DNA of 64,000 nucleotides from Macrostomum lignano (Eukaryota): NCBI GenBank assembly GCA_002269645.1, contig NIVC01000952.1, positions 214,967 to 278,966 of the forward strand, read 5' to 3'. Shown piece by piece: positions 31,906 to 46,900 of this stretch (position 1 is its first letter; each line of letters starts with the position of its first letter). The notes under the pieces were generated by a model. It saw only the letters and a program-made list of their open reading frames with translations, ran no database searches and was not told where the DNA came from. The position numbers and the translations under genes were made by a program.

Positions 31906-34900
31906 GCCGGGTCACGGGGCACCAGTCGCACCGGACTCTGCAGCACCACTTGAATCGGCAGTCGCATTTCTCCGCCGTGGTAAACAACCGAGATTCGAAC
32001 CCGCGACCGCAGCAGAGGCTCAGGCAGCTGTGCGGGCCGCCGTTGGGCCGGTCCAGCCAGCACCGCCGGCCCCGAGTGCCTGGCAGTCCCCGGTTCGAAT
32101 CCGGCAGGCAGTAGTCGGGCGACTCGGTCAGGAACACCAGGCCGGCGCCGTCGGGCTTCCGGCTGCCGCGTCGGCGACCCCGCAGGCGACGCAATTTGGT
32201 GCCGCGGCGGGCGTCAAGGCGGACGCGCTCGGCCGCGGTGTACAGAGTCAGCAGGCGGTCGCCTGTGCGGCTGAACTGGCCGAGCTGCTGCCAGCAGGTG
32301 CGCAGAGAGCAGCTGCCGGAGAGCCCGTGGCATTTGCAGGCCACCTCAGCGGCGTTGAACACGGCCTGCAGTGGGCGGCGGGGAGAGCTGGGTGGGTGGC
32401 CCGCTTGCCAGTGGCCTGCTCGGTGTGGGACTGGCTTGGGAGAGGACGTTGGACAGAGGAACAGTCTGTCAGGACACCAGTCTGTGAGGACACCAGTCTG
32501 TGAGGACACCAGTCTGTGAGGACACCAGTCTGTGAGGACATCAGTCTGTCAGGGGACCAGTCTGTCAGGGGACCAGTCTGTCAGGACACCAGTCTGTGAG
32601 GACACCAGTATGTCAGGACATCAGTCTGTCAGGGGACCAGTCTGTCAGGACACCAGTCTGTGAGGACACCAGTATGTCAGGACATCAGTCTGTCAGGACA
32701 CCAGTATGTCAGGACACCAGTCTGTGAGGACACCAGTCTGTGAGGACACCAGTCTGTGAGGACACCAGTCTGTGAGGACACCAGTCTGTGAGGACACCAG
32801 TCTGTGAGGACACCAGTCTGTGAGGACACCAGTCTGTCAGGACACCAGTCTGTCAGGACACCAGTCTGTCAGGACACCAGTCTGTCAGGACACCAGTCTG
32901 TCAGGACACCAGTCTGTCAGGACACCAGTATGTCAGGACACCAGTCTGTCAGGACACCAGTCTGTCAGGACACCAGTCTATCAGGGGACCAGTCTGTCAG
33001 GGGACCAGTCTATCAGGGGACCAGTCTGTCAGGGGACCAGTCTATCAGGGGACCAGTCTGTCAGGGGACCAGTCTATCAGGACACCAGTCTATCAGGACA
33101 CCAGTCTGTCAGGACACCAGTCTGTCAGGGGACCAGTCTGTCAGGACACCAGTCTGTCAGGACACCAGTCTGTCAGGACACCAGTCTGTCAGGACACCAG
33201 TCTGTCAGGACAGTAGTCTGTCAGGACACCAGTCTGTCAGGGGACCAGTCTGTGAGGACATCAGTCTGTCAGGACACCAGTCTGTCAGGCAGCCTACCCT
33301 CCTGCCGGCCTCATTATTGTGGAGGTTCATCAGCGCCCTGGCAAGACGGTCGCTCCGTCGCGGATGGCTGCCTTCAGTCTCGCGAGCGTCCACAAAAGTG
33401 CGCGCGAACGTGTAGCCAAACAGCAGGTCATCGCCGCAGCCGCCCCAGAGCCAGTCCCTGGGCAGGTTGTTCGGTCTCAGGGCCGTTGAGCAGCCGCAGG
33501 CGGCACCGGCTGGCCGACTGCCGTCCCGGCCGGCCTCGTCGCTGTCGACGGCGGCTTGGCGGCAGGCGCGGGCGACCGCGTGAGAAACACCGGCTGCCGT
33601 GATGGCGTGGGCGAAGGCGGCCTCCCGGGTCACTGCAGCGGGAGAAGTCGCGGTGCATGCGTTTGCAAATCGTGAGAGGTCGCCTTCTAGTGAGGGGTGC
33701 GCTGCCGCAATCATGTTGGGCTTGCGCAATAAAACTGGGTGTCACGCGATTCGCACCCGTGAGGGCCAACCTCCAGGGCTAAGAGAGGGTAGCCTGACGA
33801 TTAGAGATCCTTTTATTCTGGGTGTTTGAACCTCTACACCTGTATCATCTGGTACACCACACCATTCTACCGTACAGCTAATTCGCACGGCATCAGGGGC
33901 CATGCCCGTCTGCTTCAAACTTCTTAGTGACCATGCAAAGCTACCATTGCTGCTTTCAAAACCAAAATGGGGGTCCGTAGCCCAGTGGTCTAGCGCGGTG
34001 CTCTGATGGCTCGATTCCAAGTGCAGTCACACTAGTTTGAGACAAATTGGAATCTCGGTTTGGCTCTGCTCGTGCCCAGCTTGAGGGCCAACCCCCAAGG
34101 CACAGTGAAGTGTACATGCCTAACGATAAATAAAGTCAGGGCCGCTGTACATTACTGTGTGAGTGTGTGCCTGTGCGTATGACTGGCAGTAGTGTCTCTC
34201 GCCGGTTGAGTGACAATGTCACTTAAAGTGCACCAGGGTCGCCCACAGCGTATACTAACTCTAACAAAATAAACTGCCGCTTCCACAACAGGGGGCTCAA
34301 ATTTGCTAGTCTACTTACAATAATGCGTTCGTATTAAGTAATCAACGCACATAAGTATAACAAATTATTAGCAGTAAAAGGACAATAAAAAAGAATAAAA
34401 TATTGTCGTTTTGATACGCGTCATAAAATCAGAGGAGAATCACCTAAGTCTATCATGGGTATATTTGCGTCGCGGACATTGCAGCTTATCAGAAAGTGTC
34501 ATTGCCACAGTATTTTTACCAACAGCTTGAATCCATCCGATAACATTTGGTAGCCGGTGGGTTTCTCAGCACGTCCAGCTCGTACGAGTGAAGATGACGA
34601 ACATCCAGATGAGAATTGCCGACAAGTGAAGAGCTGGGCTGTGCTGACGAATAGCATCTTTGCTGTGCAGCCTCCACACCTCGGCCTGTTTGCTTTGCAC
34701 CAGATTCCAACCGGTCTGCACCCGGTACTCCGGCAGGCCGAATAGTCGAGCCTCGGACTTGGTCACTGAAGCGGAACATTCGAAGGACGCCTTCCACGAG
34801 ACCCACCAAGCCTCCTCCTTCTTGCTAGTGGCCCGAACTGTCAATGCGCTGCTTGAGTCGGTGCGGTTGCTGCTCAGCGCGATGCCCCTGGGGTCGCCGT

Positions 34901-37900
34901 CCAGCACGGAGATGCCGAAGTTGAGAGGAGAAACGCTGACCCAGTGCTGGCCAGGCTTGAACCTCTCGAGCAGGCGGAACCGGGCACCAGCTCGACTGGC
35001 TCGATGCCGGAGTAGGTCACCGCGCAGCTCAGCGAGGCCGGCTCCGACTTCGGGTCGAAGTGCAGCGTCTCAGTGCTGACAGACTCGGCCGTGAACAAAG
35101 GCAGCGAGACCACTGACACGTGGTAGGTGTACTTGATGACCCCAGCAATAATGGTGTACTTTCCAGCGTGCATCTCGGAGGTCAAGCCGACCAGATCGAT
35201 GTCGCAGGAGTTGGGCGACACCGAGAAGAACCTGGAGCACGGAGGTCGGCCAGCACGTCCGGCGTGTTCGGAGAAGGAGCCTTCATTGCTGCAGTGGCTG
35301 CCTTCGAAGCCGACTTTAAATCGCAAATCATCGTTGCAAAACACCGGACACGACAGCGACATGCCGCGAAGGTGGGCGGGCAGCAGAATCCACGAGGAAG
35401 TTTCGTCCGTAGGCAGGAAGCAGGTATTTGCAAAAAGTCCCAGTGTTCTCAAATGGTTAGTCGAGATTGATCTTTTCGAGCGATGTGAATGAAGGCCTTC
35501 GAGTATAGATCTGGTTTTCCCAATGCGAAACGTCAGATAGTAGGGCCACAGCTCTCCCACGACGGAAACATTGAGGCATACGTCATAACCGCCTTCAACG
35601 TTCCAAACTGGATCCCATGAGAAACGATCATACCTATGGGTGCCGTGCAGAACGCCAGTGTCTAAGTCTAGAAAATAATTTATCAAATTCTTAATCCTAT
35701 TTGTGCTGATGGTTCCGCCGGCTCCAGCTGAGGTCATAACCACTACCGGTAGAGTCTGGCTGACAGCACCGCAGCTCCGGCTGTAGTACACAGTCAGGGT
35801 AAGCAGGTTGCGCACCATCGGCTCCGCCTGCTTGATGACCTCAAGAACATTCTTGTGCAGAAAGTCAAGGCGGCTACGAGCCTTCATATTTGGATAATGA
35901 ACCCACCTAGCCATCGCGTAGTTCCGAGAGGTCAAATACCTGAACGCTTGGGGTGTCACAAAGCCAAGATATTCAATCCCTGGCGGCACGGTCTCAGTAG
36001 AGACTTTGCCCAGCGCGTCAAAGTTGAAGACGAACAGGCTGGCGGACTCGAGCTCGCCCTGGTGAAAACTCAGTCTCAGTCTGAACTCCAGAGTGTGCCT
36101 GAGCGCTTGCTTAAACGTTACCTGGTTCTCCTGCGACAGAGTCAGGCGGTACATCGCATGGCTCACTCGCTCCAGCGTGAACGGTCTCAGCGGCCTGCAG
36201 TGCGTGCTGCTCGACACACCGGCATCCAGCAGAGCCTCATTGAACTTGGAGTCCGTGGACGAACACTTAAAGAGCAGTCGGACTGACTGCAGGCTCGCGT
36301 TGGCCCCCCTCGGGTCGGTGCGAAAATTGAGCGGCTGTCCCGCCATGAGCACGGAGACTTGCGGAGTGCCGCTGGGTCGCCAGTCCTCGCTAGACGGCAA
36401 GTAGTAAGTGGGCGCTTTGTGCGTCACGGACGGGTGCTGCAGCGCCGGCAGCAGGTCATCGTCAGAGAGGACTCGGTGCGCCAGAAGCCAGCAGGCGAGA
36501 AGGCAAGTCAGCGCTGTCAGGTGCAAGTCATCTGCTCTCATTCTATTTGTTGATATCACGAAAGTATTTGCCGTCTGTTTTTGATTTCAATTCCGAGCTG
36601 CTGGGCAGCGGGCAGTGTCGGGTTTGATGCCAAATTTGGGCACTGCCGAGTGCTCCCAGTCGCAAAGTATAGAAAAAATGCTGGTTGCCACAGACAGTTT
36701 TAGCTGCGGAGTGAAATTTTAAGCGTAAAATGTGAGCTCACGGAATTAATTAGAATAGAAAATAAGAGGTGTACACAAAATATCGCGCATGCATCCAGTG
36801 GTGCTGCGAGTTTTACTTGTCTTTGAACAATCCTGACTTGGTCAGCCTTGGGAGTTGCATTGTTCTATAGATATTTGCATTGCTTTACGTAAGGCAATAA
36901 CTGGGGTTGTTTAACGCTGCTGACTCGGTCATAGACAGTTGTGGGCGTAATTTATTTAACAAAGCAACGGTAAAATAATAAACGCGATAACAGTTTTGAG
37001 TTTTTTCATTCAAAACAGTTTGAATTTTCGATGCCGGTGAACCATCACTTAAAAAAAGTAAAAGAGCAGTTTTCGAACTTGCACTCTGTGAATATAGATC
37101 CCACGGAACTCGTGACACCGATTGATCGATTGGATATCGATTGGATTGCTGCCCGCGTAGCAACCGCAGGTTCAAGTGATTCGCCGTAGGTAGGCTCAAT
37201 TGCCGATGCTGAAGTTGACGACGGACCAGCCCTGCTTGCAGACTTCACGAGAGCCTGGCCGATGGACGATGACGCCTCCCGTACGACATTGTCACGTTTC
37301 CGTGATAGGTAGCGTCGCACAGTTGCTTCTTTTAGCAGCCCCCAATAATGCACATTATGTCACTAAGTACAAAACCAGAGTCCTTCAGGTCAGCAATTCG
37401 GGTCACTCGAATACAATGACTAGTATAGGTCCTCGACAGGAGACACACTTTGCTCAGTCTTTGCATAATTGAGCCGAGCCAGTTGATGCCACGCACCTGC
37501 TTTGTTGAGAAGCGAACTACAGCATCCTTGTTTGGCATTGGTCTCGGAAAAAAGGTGTCATCCTTTGTTTCGGCGGGCAGTGACGCAGAGTACAGTAGAA
37601 TCAGCTCTCTCTGCTTACCGTAGATTCTCGCCTGCTTATTGACGAATGATTTAGCTTTATTTGGATCGGCGCTCTGGTTTTTCGTTGGCAGAGTCGGTAG
37701 CTCCAGATAGGGATGCCCATCGGAATCTACTTTGTCCACGAGAAGATCTCTCCTTCGTAGACTTTTTAGGTTTTAGGTGTTTTAGGTGTTTTAGGTGTTT
37801 TAGGTGTTTTAGGTGTTTTAGGTGTTTTAGGTGTTTTAGGTTTTTAGGCACTCACCTGCTAATCATGCTGACTCACAGAGCAGGACAGGACGATGTTCTC

Positions 37901-40900
37901 GTTGTGGGGGTCGCCAACACGACAAGACAGCTTGCCCAGCGAATGGAAAAACATGCAGAAATGCGGAAAGGCTAATCATTTTGAAAAGCAGTGTCGAACG
38001 AAAGGACCCAGTCAGCATCACTACGTGTCCCAAGAAAGTGATCTACAGGATGTGTGCTCCACGCTAATTCCCCGGGAGGAAAGAGCGTTGCGACTTCCGT
38101 GAAGCTGGACTGTTTGGTGAAGGGACAAGAAAGACCTGTAAATTGCCAAATAGACACTGGCGCCTCTGTGTCCGTGATGTCGAGCAAATTATGGTCCGAC
38201 CTTGGGAAGCCAAAGCTACAGAAAACGAACTCTGTACAATTGGATTTAACGGACGGACACAAATTCAGGATGCTGGGTAGACTTCAGACAACTGCAACTT
38301 GGCAAGGGAAGCCGATATCAATTTCATTTTAAGTGGTTCAGTCCAATTGCAATTTCACGCTTCTGGGCAGAGACATTATTAACATTAACATTGAAAACGT
38401 TTCCATCGGACTTTCGGAAGAGTTGCATAAGGATGGCTCGCCCAGAGAGCACCTGAAGAAATTCAAAGCAACTCTACAGCTCGTGGAGGGTGCCATGCCT
38501 AAGTATACTAAAGCTCGCCCAGTGCCATTTGCCTTGAAAGATAAGCTAAAAGAGGAAATCGACGAGCTGGTGAAAGAAGGCACGATAGAGCCGGTTAGCT
38601 TCTCCGAGTGGGCATCACCAATTGTGCTGGTGCGGAAGCCGAACAGTGCGGTACGCTTGCGCGTCGACTACAAGCAAACCGTGAATCCTCAGCTTAAGAA
38701 TTACAGTTACCCGTTGCCAATCCCTGAAGAGGCATTTTCTGCCGTGGCAGGTTGCAAGCTCTACTCAATACTGGATCTCAAAAAGGCTTATAATCAAGTC
38801 GAACTAGATGAGCCATCGAAAGATCTGACTGTGATGAGCACACCTTTTGGCAATTACCGCTACAACAGGCTGGTTTTCGGAATTAAGACTGCTCCGAGTA
38901 TATTTCAACGCTACATCTCGGAAGTCATTCAAGGGATCTGCGGTACAGTTGCCTATGTTGATGACATACCCGTGGGTGGCACAACCAAAGATGAGCTGCG
39001 GTTGAGAGAAGCGGAGGTCCGTGAACGGCTGGCCAGACACAACTTAAAAGTCAATGAGGACATGTGCCAGACCATGAAGAATGAGGTGAGATGTTTGGGC
39101 TTCATCCTAGATTCTGGAACCATTAGACCCGATGAAGAGAAAGTCCGAGCGCTGAGAAATATGGCAGCTCCAAAAACTCTAACTGAATTGGAATCTCTGC
39201 TTGGATTGATTAACTTCAGCGGCAGATTCATCCGAAATCTGGCTGACAGGATCGAGCCTCTGACACGGCTTAAGCGGAAGGACGTAGAGTTTGTCTGGTC
39301 AGATGAGCAGGAGAAAGCTTTTCAGGAAATAAAACTCGCGCTCTTTTCCGATGCGGTGTTAGTGTCCTATGATCCCAAGAAATCCGTGGAGCTTGAGTTC
39401 GATGCGTCGCAAATCGCTATTGGCGGAGTTCTAAGCCAAGAAGGTAAACCCATAATATTCATCAGCAAGGTTTTGTCTGCTGCAGAGAAACGATACTCGC
39501 AAATCGAAAGGGAGGCTTTAGCAATTATGTGGTCAGTGCGGAGGTGCCACAGGTTTCTCTATGGACGAGAATTCTCCCTGGTTACTGATCACCGGCCCCT
39601 GACTTTCATTTTTGGACAAAACAGCCAGTTACCTGAAAGAGTATCTGCCCGACTCCAGAGATGGTCTATTCTCCTGTCAGGGTACGACTACAAGATTTCG
39701 TATCGGAAGTCGGCAGATATGAAGTCCAATGCACTTTCGAGGCTGGTTGATTCATCCACTAAGGCAATGACACACCATGTGGGAATCATCCCAGTATTTG
39801 GGAGTAGCCTTCTGTCGATGGAAGAGATTGAGAAATGCTCTAAAATTTGCGACGAGCTGAAAAGTCTCAGAGAGGCAATACTGACTGGCAGTTAACAGGA
39901 CCAGCAGGTGCGAGCATATAAGGTTATAGCACGTGAGCTGACTACTCAAGACATGTTGGTTATGAGAGGCTCCAAATTGGTGCTACCAGTCGCTCTGAGA
40001 CAGAAAGCTGTAACGGTCTGCCAGGTGGAACCGGCGCAGTGAATCTCCAGGAGGTCAACGGTGCAGACCGGCGCAGCGATAGAGTCGCTCACCGCCTCCC
40101 TGAATTTAAAGGCTCAACAGGCCCGCGTGTACTGAATTGCAAGTGTGCTTGTATGCGCTAGTCTCTAGGGCAACAATAGATATGCCGATATGCCGAAAAC
40201 AAAACACGCTGAACCTGGAGCTGCATCCCACAAAATGTCTGTGTGAAGCTGGATGTTTGGTCTGGCCCGTACTGCGCTCCAGTGGGGATGAAAAAGTTTT
40301 TGTGTTGCTCAGTGCGCAAGCACCTCTCTGCCAGAAACCATGCCAAGATGTCGAGCAAATCGAATCTTCGAAAATTTCAAGGAGAGGAGCTAAGATTCCA
40401 GCAAATTTGGGTGCCAACTTATGATGTATTCAGAAGAATTACATTAAACAAGGAGACTGGATTCGGCAACTACACAATACTCCGGGACAAATTCAAGGGG
40501 AAAGGATGAAAATGGTGAGCCACCGGCAACTAAAGAAGCTGTTCTTCACTTACCAAGAGAAGTCATGAAAGAGAAATAAGAAAAATTATAAACTTGAGTA
40601 ATCCGAATTTTCACTCCAGTTCCCATGAATGATTGCCGAAAAGTCTGATCGAGTAGGAGCAGGCACTCCAAGTTTGGAATTGTGATACCCAACTGATTGG
40701 AAAAGATAAAGATCGAACCCACTGTAAGTGAATTTCTGCATTCATTCAACACCTGGCATTCATCTTAAATAGACTTGCAAACCTGTCACAATAGCATCAA
40801 CAACAGACATGAGTACGTAGGCACCAGCGCAGGGAGAATTCCGGCACTTTACAGGAAGCCTTTGTCATAACGTTGAAATTTATTTGTACGACACTTGGAT

Positions 40901-43900
40901 CGAATTAAATTTTAGGGCAGCGCGTATTCACCAATAGCTGGTCAAATCTATGCTAAATTTTAGTTACAATCCGTCATAGAAAAACAATGGCTATTATAAG
41001 TGACTCATAAATGAACCTATCTTTTCAAAAATTAGCTAATTATGTGATAAGTAGAATCTCAAATTTCGTAAATTAGCTACCGATTGCAGTCTGATTCAAG
41101 ACTGATCCAAAAAAAGTTAGAGCACACACACCAAAGCATTTCGTAGGGTCCTTAACATGCAAAGCAGTCACTGAGAACAGTGCAGCTGACAGAGACAGAT
41201 AAAAGAACGAGCACTGCACACAGTCTCAGAGTAGATGGAGGCCCGCTAGTGGCGGCGGCGCGCTCCGTTTGCCTCAGGTCTTTAATGAAGGCCAGGCTCC
41301 ACGTCTCCTGCACCCGGTACTCCGGCAGGCCGAATAGTCGAGCCTCGGACTTGGTCACTGAAGCGGAACATTCGAAGGACGCCTTCCACGAGACCCACCA
41401 AGCCTCCTCCTTCTTGCTAGTGGCCCGAACTGTCAATGCGCTGCTTGAGTCGGTGCGGTTGCTGCTCAGCGCGATGCCCCTGGGGTCGCCGTCCAGCACG
41501 GAGATGCCGAAGTTGAGAGGAGAAACGCTGACCCAGTGCTGGCCAGGCTTGAACCTCTCGAGCAGGCGGAACCGGGGCACCAGCTCGACTGGCTCGATGC
41601 CGGAGTAGGTCACCGCGCAGCTCAGCGAGGCCGGCTCCGACTTCGGGTCGAAGTGCAGCGTCTCAGTGCTGACAGACTCGGCCGTGAACAAAGGCAGCGA
41701 GACCACTGACACGTGGTAGGTGTACTTGATGACCCCAGCAATAATGGTGTACTTTCCAGCGTGCATCTCGGAGGTCAAGCCGACCAGATCGATGTCGCAG
41801 GAGTTGGGCGACACCGAGAAGAACCTGGAGCACGGAGGTCGGCCAGCACGTCCGGCGTTTTCGGAGAAGGAGCCTTCATTGCTGCAGTGGCTGCCTTCGA
41901 AGCCGACTTTAAATCGCAAGTCATCGTTGCAAAACACCGGACACGACAGCGACATGCCGCGAAGGTGGGCGGGCAGCAGAATCCGCGAGGAAGTTTCGTC
42001 TGTAGGCAGGAAGCAGGTATAAGTAAATCTGCTTTTAGGTGACGGTGTTGTTTGGATTGGCTCGACTGTTTTCGGCTCAGGTGTAGTAGTTGTAGTTGCA
42101 GTGGTTGTCGTAGCTGGAAGTTCAGTTAAAGGGCGTGTTCTACGACTATTATTCGGTCTAATCCTAGAAAATGTTTCATATTTGGCAGCCTCTCACCATG
42201 TACATACGGCGCTGCTCGGGCTTCCCGCTCAGTTGATTCGACCAATGAGGAGGTGGCACCATCAATGTCGCTCAGCATCTCAGCATCTCGCTCCTCAAAA
42301 GCTGAACCAGGCGGTAAAGCAACCCGGCGACCTCGGGATTTATATTTAGATGGTGTAAAATCAACTGTCTTTACCAAGACAAAGGTTGAGAAATAGGACC
42401 AGATCCCGCCTTTGACGGAGATGCTCAGGCAGCTTTCAAAAATGCCTTGACGTTTCCTAAGCTGGTCAAGTATCACATTACGCGCCTCAAAAGTATATGT
42501 GAAGTGAAGCATGCCATTGTCAGGATTGAGTAAATAGTTCCTGAAGGCTTTGGTAGAGCTGGAGCTAACAGTTTTACCCACTCCAGCTGTGGCCACAACA
42601 ATTCGAGGTTCGCTGGGAACGCTGCAATTCCGGCTGTAGTAGAAGCTCAGGGAAAGCAGGTTGCGCACCATAGGCTCCGCCTGCTTCAGGACGCTGACGA
42701 GCTCACTACTAAGTATTTGGAGGCTGCTGTTCGATATTCTCCATTTAAAATTAACAGATGACACTACTTCAACGTTCTGATGGCGCAGATACTTTCTTCC
42801 ATTATATGTCGTAAATGCGTGGATTTCTATTTTCCTAGGCCCCCAATATCCTTCTACGATCCTATTAGGTAGCTTCGACAGCGCGTCAAAGTTGAAGACG
42901 AACAGGCTGGCGGACTCGAGCTCGCCCTGGTGAAAACTCAGTCTCAGTCTGAACTCCAGAGTGTGCCTGAGCGCTTGCTTAAACGGTACCTGGTTCTCCT
43001 GCGACAGAGTCAGGCGGTATATCGCATGGCTCACTCGCTCCAGCGTGAACGGCCTCAGTGGCCTGCAGTGTGTGCTACTCGGCACACCGGCATCCAGCAG
43101 AGCTTCATTGAACTTGGAGTCCGTGGACGAACACTTGAAGAGCAGTCGGACTGACTGCAGGCTCGCGTTGGCCCCCCTCGGGTCGGTGCGAAAATTGAGC
43201 GGCTGTCCCGCCATGAGCACGGAGACTTGCGGAGTGCCGCTGGGTCGCCAGTCCTCGCCAGACGGCAAGTAGTAAGTGGGCGCTTTGTGCGTCACGGACG
43301 GGTGCTGCAGCGCCGGCAGCAGGTCGCTCCTAGAGACAGTATAGGAGACGGCGTCCACGGCTGCTGCACTGATCAGAGGCAAGCAGACGAACAGGAAACG
43401 CAGCTCTGCGCGCATTTCCGAGAGAATTCAGTTTTGTAACTGATCGGATTTAAAAAAAATTAAGTTGTGCTTTTAGAGATCTGCAAAGTTTTTTAATCGG
43501 CTTTTAGCCGCAGCGGTTAGAAATCTCCCCTTGCCATAGAGTGGCTTTTGAGCGGCTGCATCTGATTTGCCTTAAGTAGCTTGATCAGATGTACTCGTTG
43601 TAGGTCATAGTACTCGTAATTGTTGTGTAGTGATTAAAAATATATAGATTTTGTTGAGCAGTACAAGCATTGGACTTATAGAATATTAATAGATTATTTT
43701 TTAGCTTCTCTTCCTTATATTCTACTGTCAGCAGAGAATCAGATAAATATACGATGTTTTGTGGCGGTTCAATAATACATGTATACTGGTGCGGTCCATA
43801 ACTCCATTTCAGGTGTGCGCTCAGGTGTCTCCGCTGTTACACTTTACCGTCTCCTGGCCTTAAAGTCTCCTTCCGGAGCCTGCAAGGCAGCAACCATTCT

Positions 43901-46900
43901 CCAACCTCGAAATCGCAAAAGAGTGATTAAATCAGAAGCCTGAGCAACTGCTCACAATGTATGATTAAACCAATTCAAAACGGCTAGGACACAACTTCCC
44001 AGACGGGAATTGTTCACAAAGTGATTCTAGGGATTTGTGTCATAGGCATTTTCCACTTGGCGCAAGCCAAATGATGGCCATAGACTAAACGTCTGGAACG
44101 AAAAATTAAGCGGAACAGTCTGAAATTACCATAGACGAAACATGTTAAATGAAGTTGTGGATACTCTGCAGCAGAGGATACATGTTCCTGTTTCTTCTGT
44201 TTGCTCTAACCTCTATTCATGCCACCCATACGAATGATAAGTTGGTCGAATTTGCCGATTGAAAGCATTGACGGCTTGAATGGAAATGAGGTCAACTTTC
44301 TCAGCGACTTGAGTATGGGTGGACGTGACGAGGCGGATGACGAAGAGTTGATGGAGTTCATCCGATTCATTGAATGCGGTAACGATGATGCTCTGCCACC
44401 ACTGCCAAGCAAAGAAGAGGCTTGCCCCGAGGATCCCATGCGGAACAAACCATGCAATTCGGCCGATGTGAGTGTAACGTCTAAAGACATTTCTTCGGCT
44501 GACGTATCCGCAATGGATACTGCTGTGCTGCAGGCTGTGTTACCGTTTTCGTATGTATACAATCTGTTTATTCAGCTTTGTTGTATTGAAAAAAATCCTC
44601 GCAAACGCATTGATACAGGAATATACAGATTGCTCATGTGCAAATTGGTACATCCAAATATAACCCGTTGGGTATATCCAAAGATGGGGGGCGGCTTGAC
44701 CATAGACTATTCGCAGATAAACAATCTGTTGTATTCCTGTTTCAATGCCTGAAAGGCGCGCAAAAATTTGCTTAGTTCACAATTTCCGTCGACGCAATCG
44801 TTTGTGGCCCAAACGAAACTAGGCACAATTTGTAAGAATAAAGATTTTTCTCAAACTTGGATCAAACTCTCAACCACCCCAGCAGTTGCTCAGAAGATTG
44901 AAACCATATACATAAAGTGGGTGCGAAAATGCCTTTATTTTATTCAAGGAACGAACAAGGCTTGGAAGTTTCGTCTATGGCCAGAGTTAATTCATATGAT
45001 GAGAGTCTCTTCTTAGTCACACATCATTTCCACAAGATGCGAACAATGACTTTTGAGACATTTAGCTTGAGCATTTCTTTTCTCAGGCTTGACACTGAGG
45101 AGGCGTCGCCGCCCATTCCACTAATTCCTGGAGATCCTTCAGTGCCCTAACCCTCCGATCTTCAGTTCACATCGGTATACTGTACTTTGTGTACTCACTA
45201 CTGAGCACTGAGCAGGTACATGTATAAAGTACTTGTCGCAATGCGGCAGCCATACGGTTTTGGAACATATTTTAAAGAGGAGGGCGATTGGTGGGAGGGC
45301 ACATTGCACATACATTTTTGTAAATCTAAGGGCTCCCTAACTCCTGATGTTATGTCTGTTTGTGATGTTGTGACAACTAGGCCAATATTCAATTCTGTGC
45401 TGGAAGGCCAACAGTTTGAAAAGGCTCGAATTTTAAACTGATTCAAACATTGCGCAACTCGATTATGCCCGAATCCTGGGGTTTAGAATCCCAGAATCAC
45501 ACTTGTCCGGATTCTAAATCCTAGGATCACAATTGTCCGGGATTCTAAATCCTAGGATCACAATTGTCCGGGATTCTAAATCCTAGGATCACAATTGTCC
45601 GGGATTCGATAATCCCAGGATTGACCATTGAAGACTTGAAGACAAATCTAATTATTAATCTAAACCTGTAAAGTCTAAAGCAATAGAGGCCAATTCCTCA
45701 TTAATTGTTTCCGATCGCAGCGCCAGCTTGCCAGACGGGAGTCAATCATTGTTCATTTGAACTCTCTCTCTATCTCAAACCCAGCTAAAATCAGGGGGTC
45801 TCGACCTTGCGCAGATCAGAAGCCCCCTATTCGAAAGACCTTATTCTCGGCACTGTCCAGGACACCCTTTAGATGCCCAGCATAGGGGTGGTGACAAAAC
45901 TACTTTAAGCAGTCCCTGCCTTGACCATCCTTGACCGTAGTTGGGATTAGAACAGTGGGACCTTGCTATCGGACCACAACCCAATCAAGCTACCAACTCT
46001 CCCCAGGGCGGGTGCCCCCTGGGAGGGTGAGGTCTGATCCTCTTCTACCCTGGCATCAGTACCTCGGGCATTATTAGCTCTGTAAGCTATCACTCCCCAG
46101 GTTACATCACAATCAAGTGTGATTCTCCTGAGCTGATACCGACATGTAAAAGCACGTCTATTACGCCAGCCCGTACACCACACTCCAATTCAGAGCTCAT
46201 TGTCAGTTTCTTGTTTGCAAATATTTTGTTCTGTTCTGCTTTACTATTGGAAGGATTTAAAATCAGATTAGATGGCTTCGTACACCAAAATTGCACCAAC
46301 AAAGATTAGAAACTTTTTTAATCCCTGGGTCCCAGGATTCCGACGAATTGAGCCGGGATCCCGGGATTGGCAAAGTCCGGGATATCCCGATCCCAAAATA
46401 GCCTTCCCTAGGCAAGACCAACCAGTTAATTTTCTGGATCTCTTGGCTGCCTCCTTCAGTTCCTATTGGCGCTGTCTCTTTATTCTTTTAGCTGACGGCA
46501 TTTTAGTGATTTTGGTTGCAGCGCCAGCAGCGGCTAAAGTCTTGGGGATTGCGGCGGACTCGGAATGTCGATCAGAGACGCTAAAGAAAAAGGGCAAAAC
46601 ACTAAAAGCACTAGGCGTAGGCACATTAGATTAAAAACTGTAGTGGAATGGGATTGAGAACAACATGAACTATGATGTCCACATACCCCATTGAGGGTTA
46701 CGGAGCCTATACTATTTAACCAATCGGTGATTAGGAGGGGGCATGGAAAGAAAGGAAGACTTGTCGCTTGCGGAAGGGAGCACAAGCCATGTGCAAAACC
46801 GTACCCACTGGCCAAGCTGTACATTCTTTATTCTTACATGTACTTTGATCTCTAGGGTGTGGATAGAGGTGCCCTCTCGCTCCAGCTTGCACCCTTGGCT

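Noticed and set aside
37764-37848. Interstitial telomeric repeat
   Set aside because: The unit is TTTTAGGTG (9 bp), not TTAGGG, and the tract is short.
43800-44562. Possible second Crypton fragment ([15 protein letters not shown]...MNR)
   Set aside because: Similarity too faint and interrupted to support by eye.
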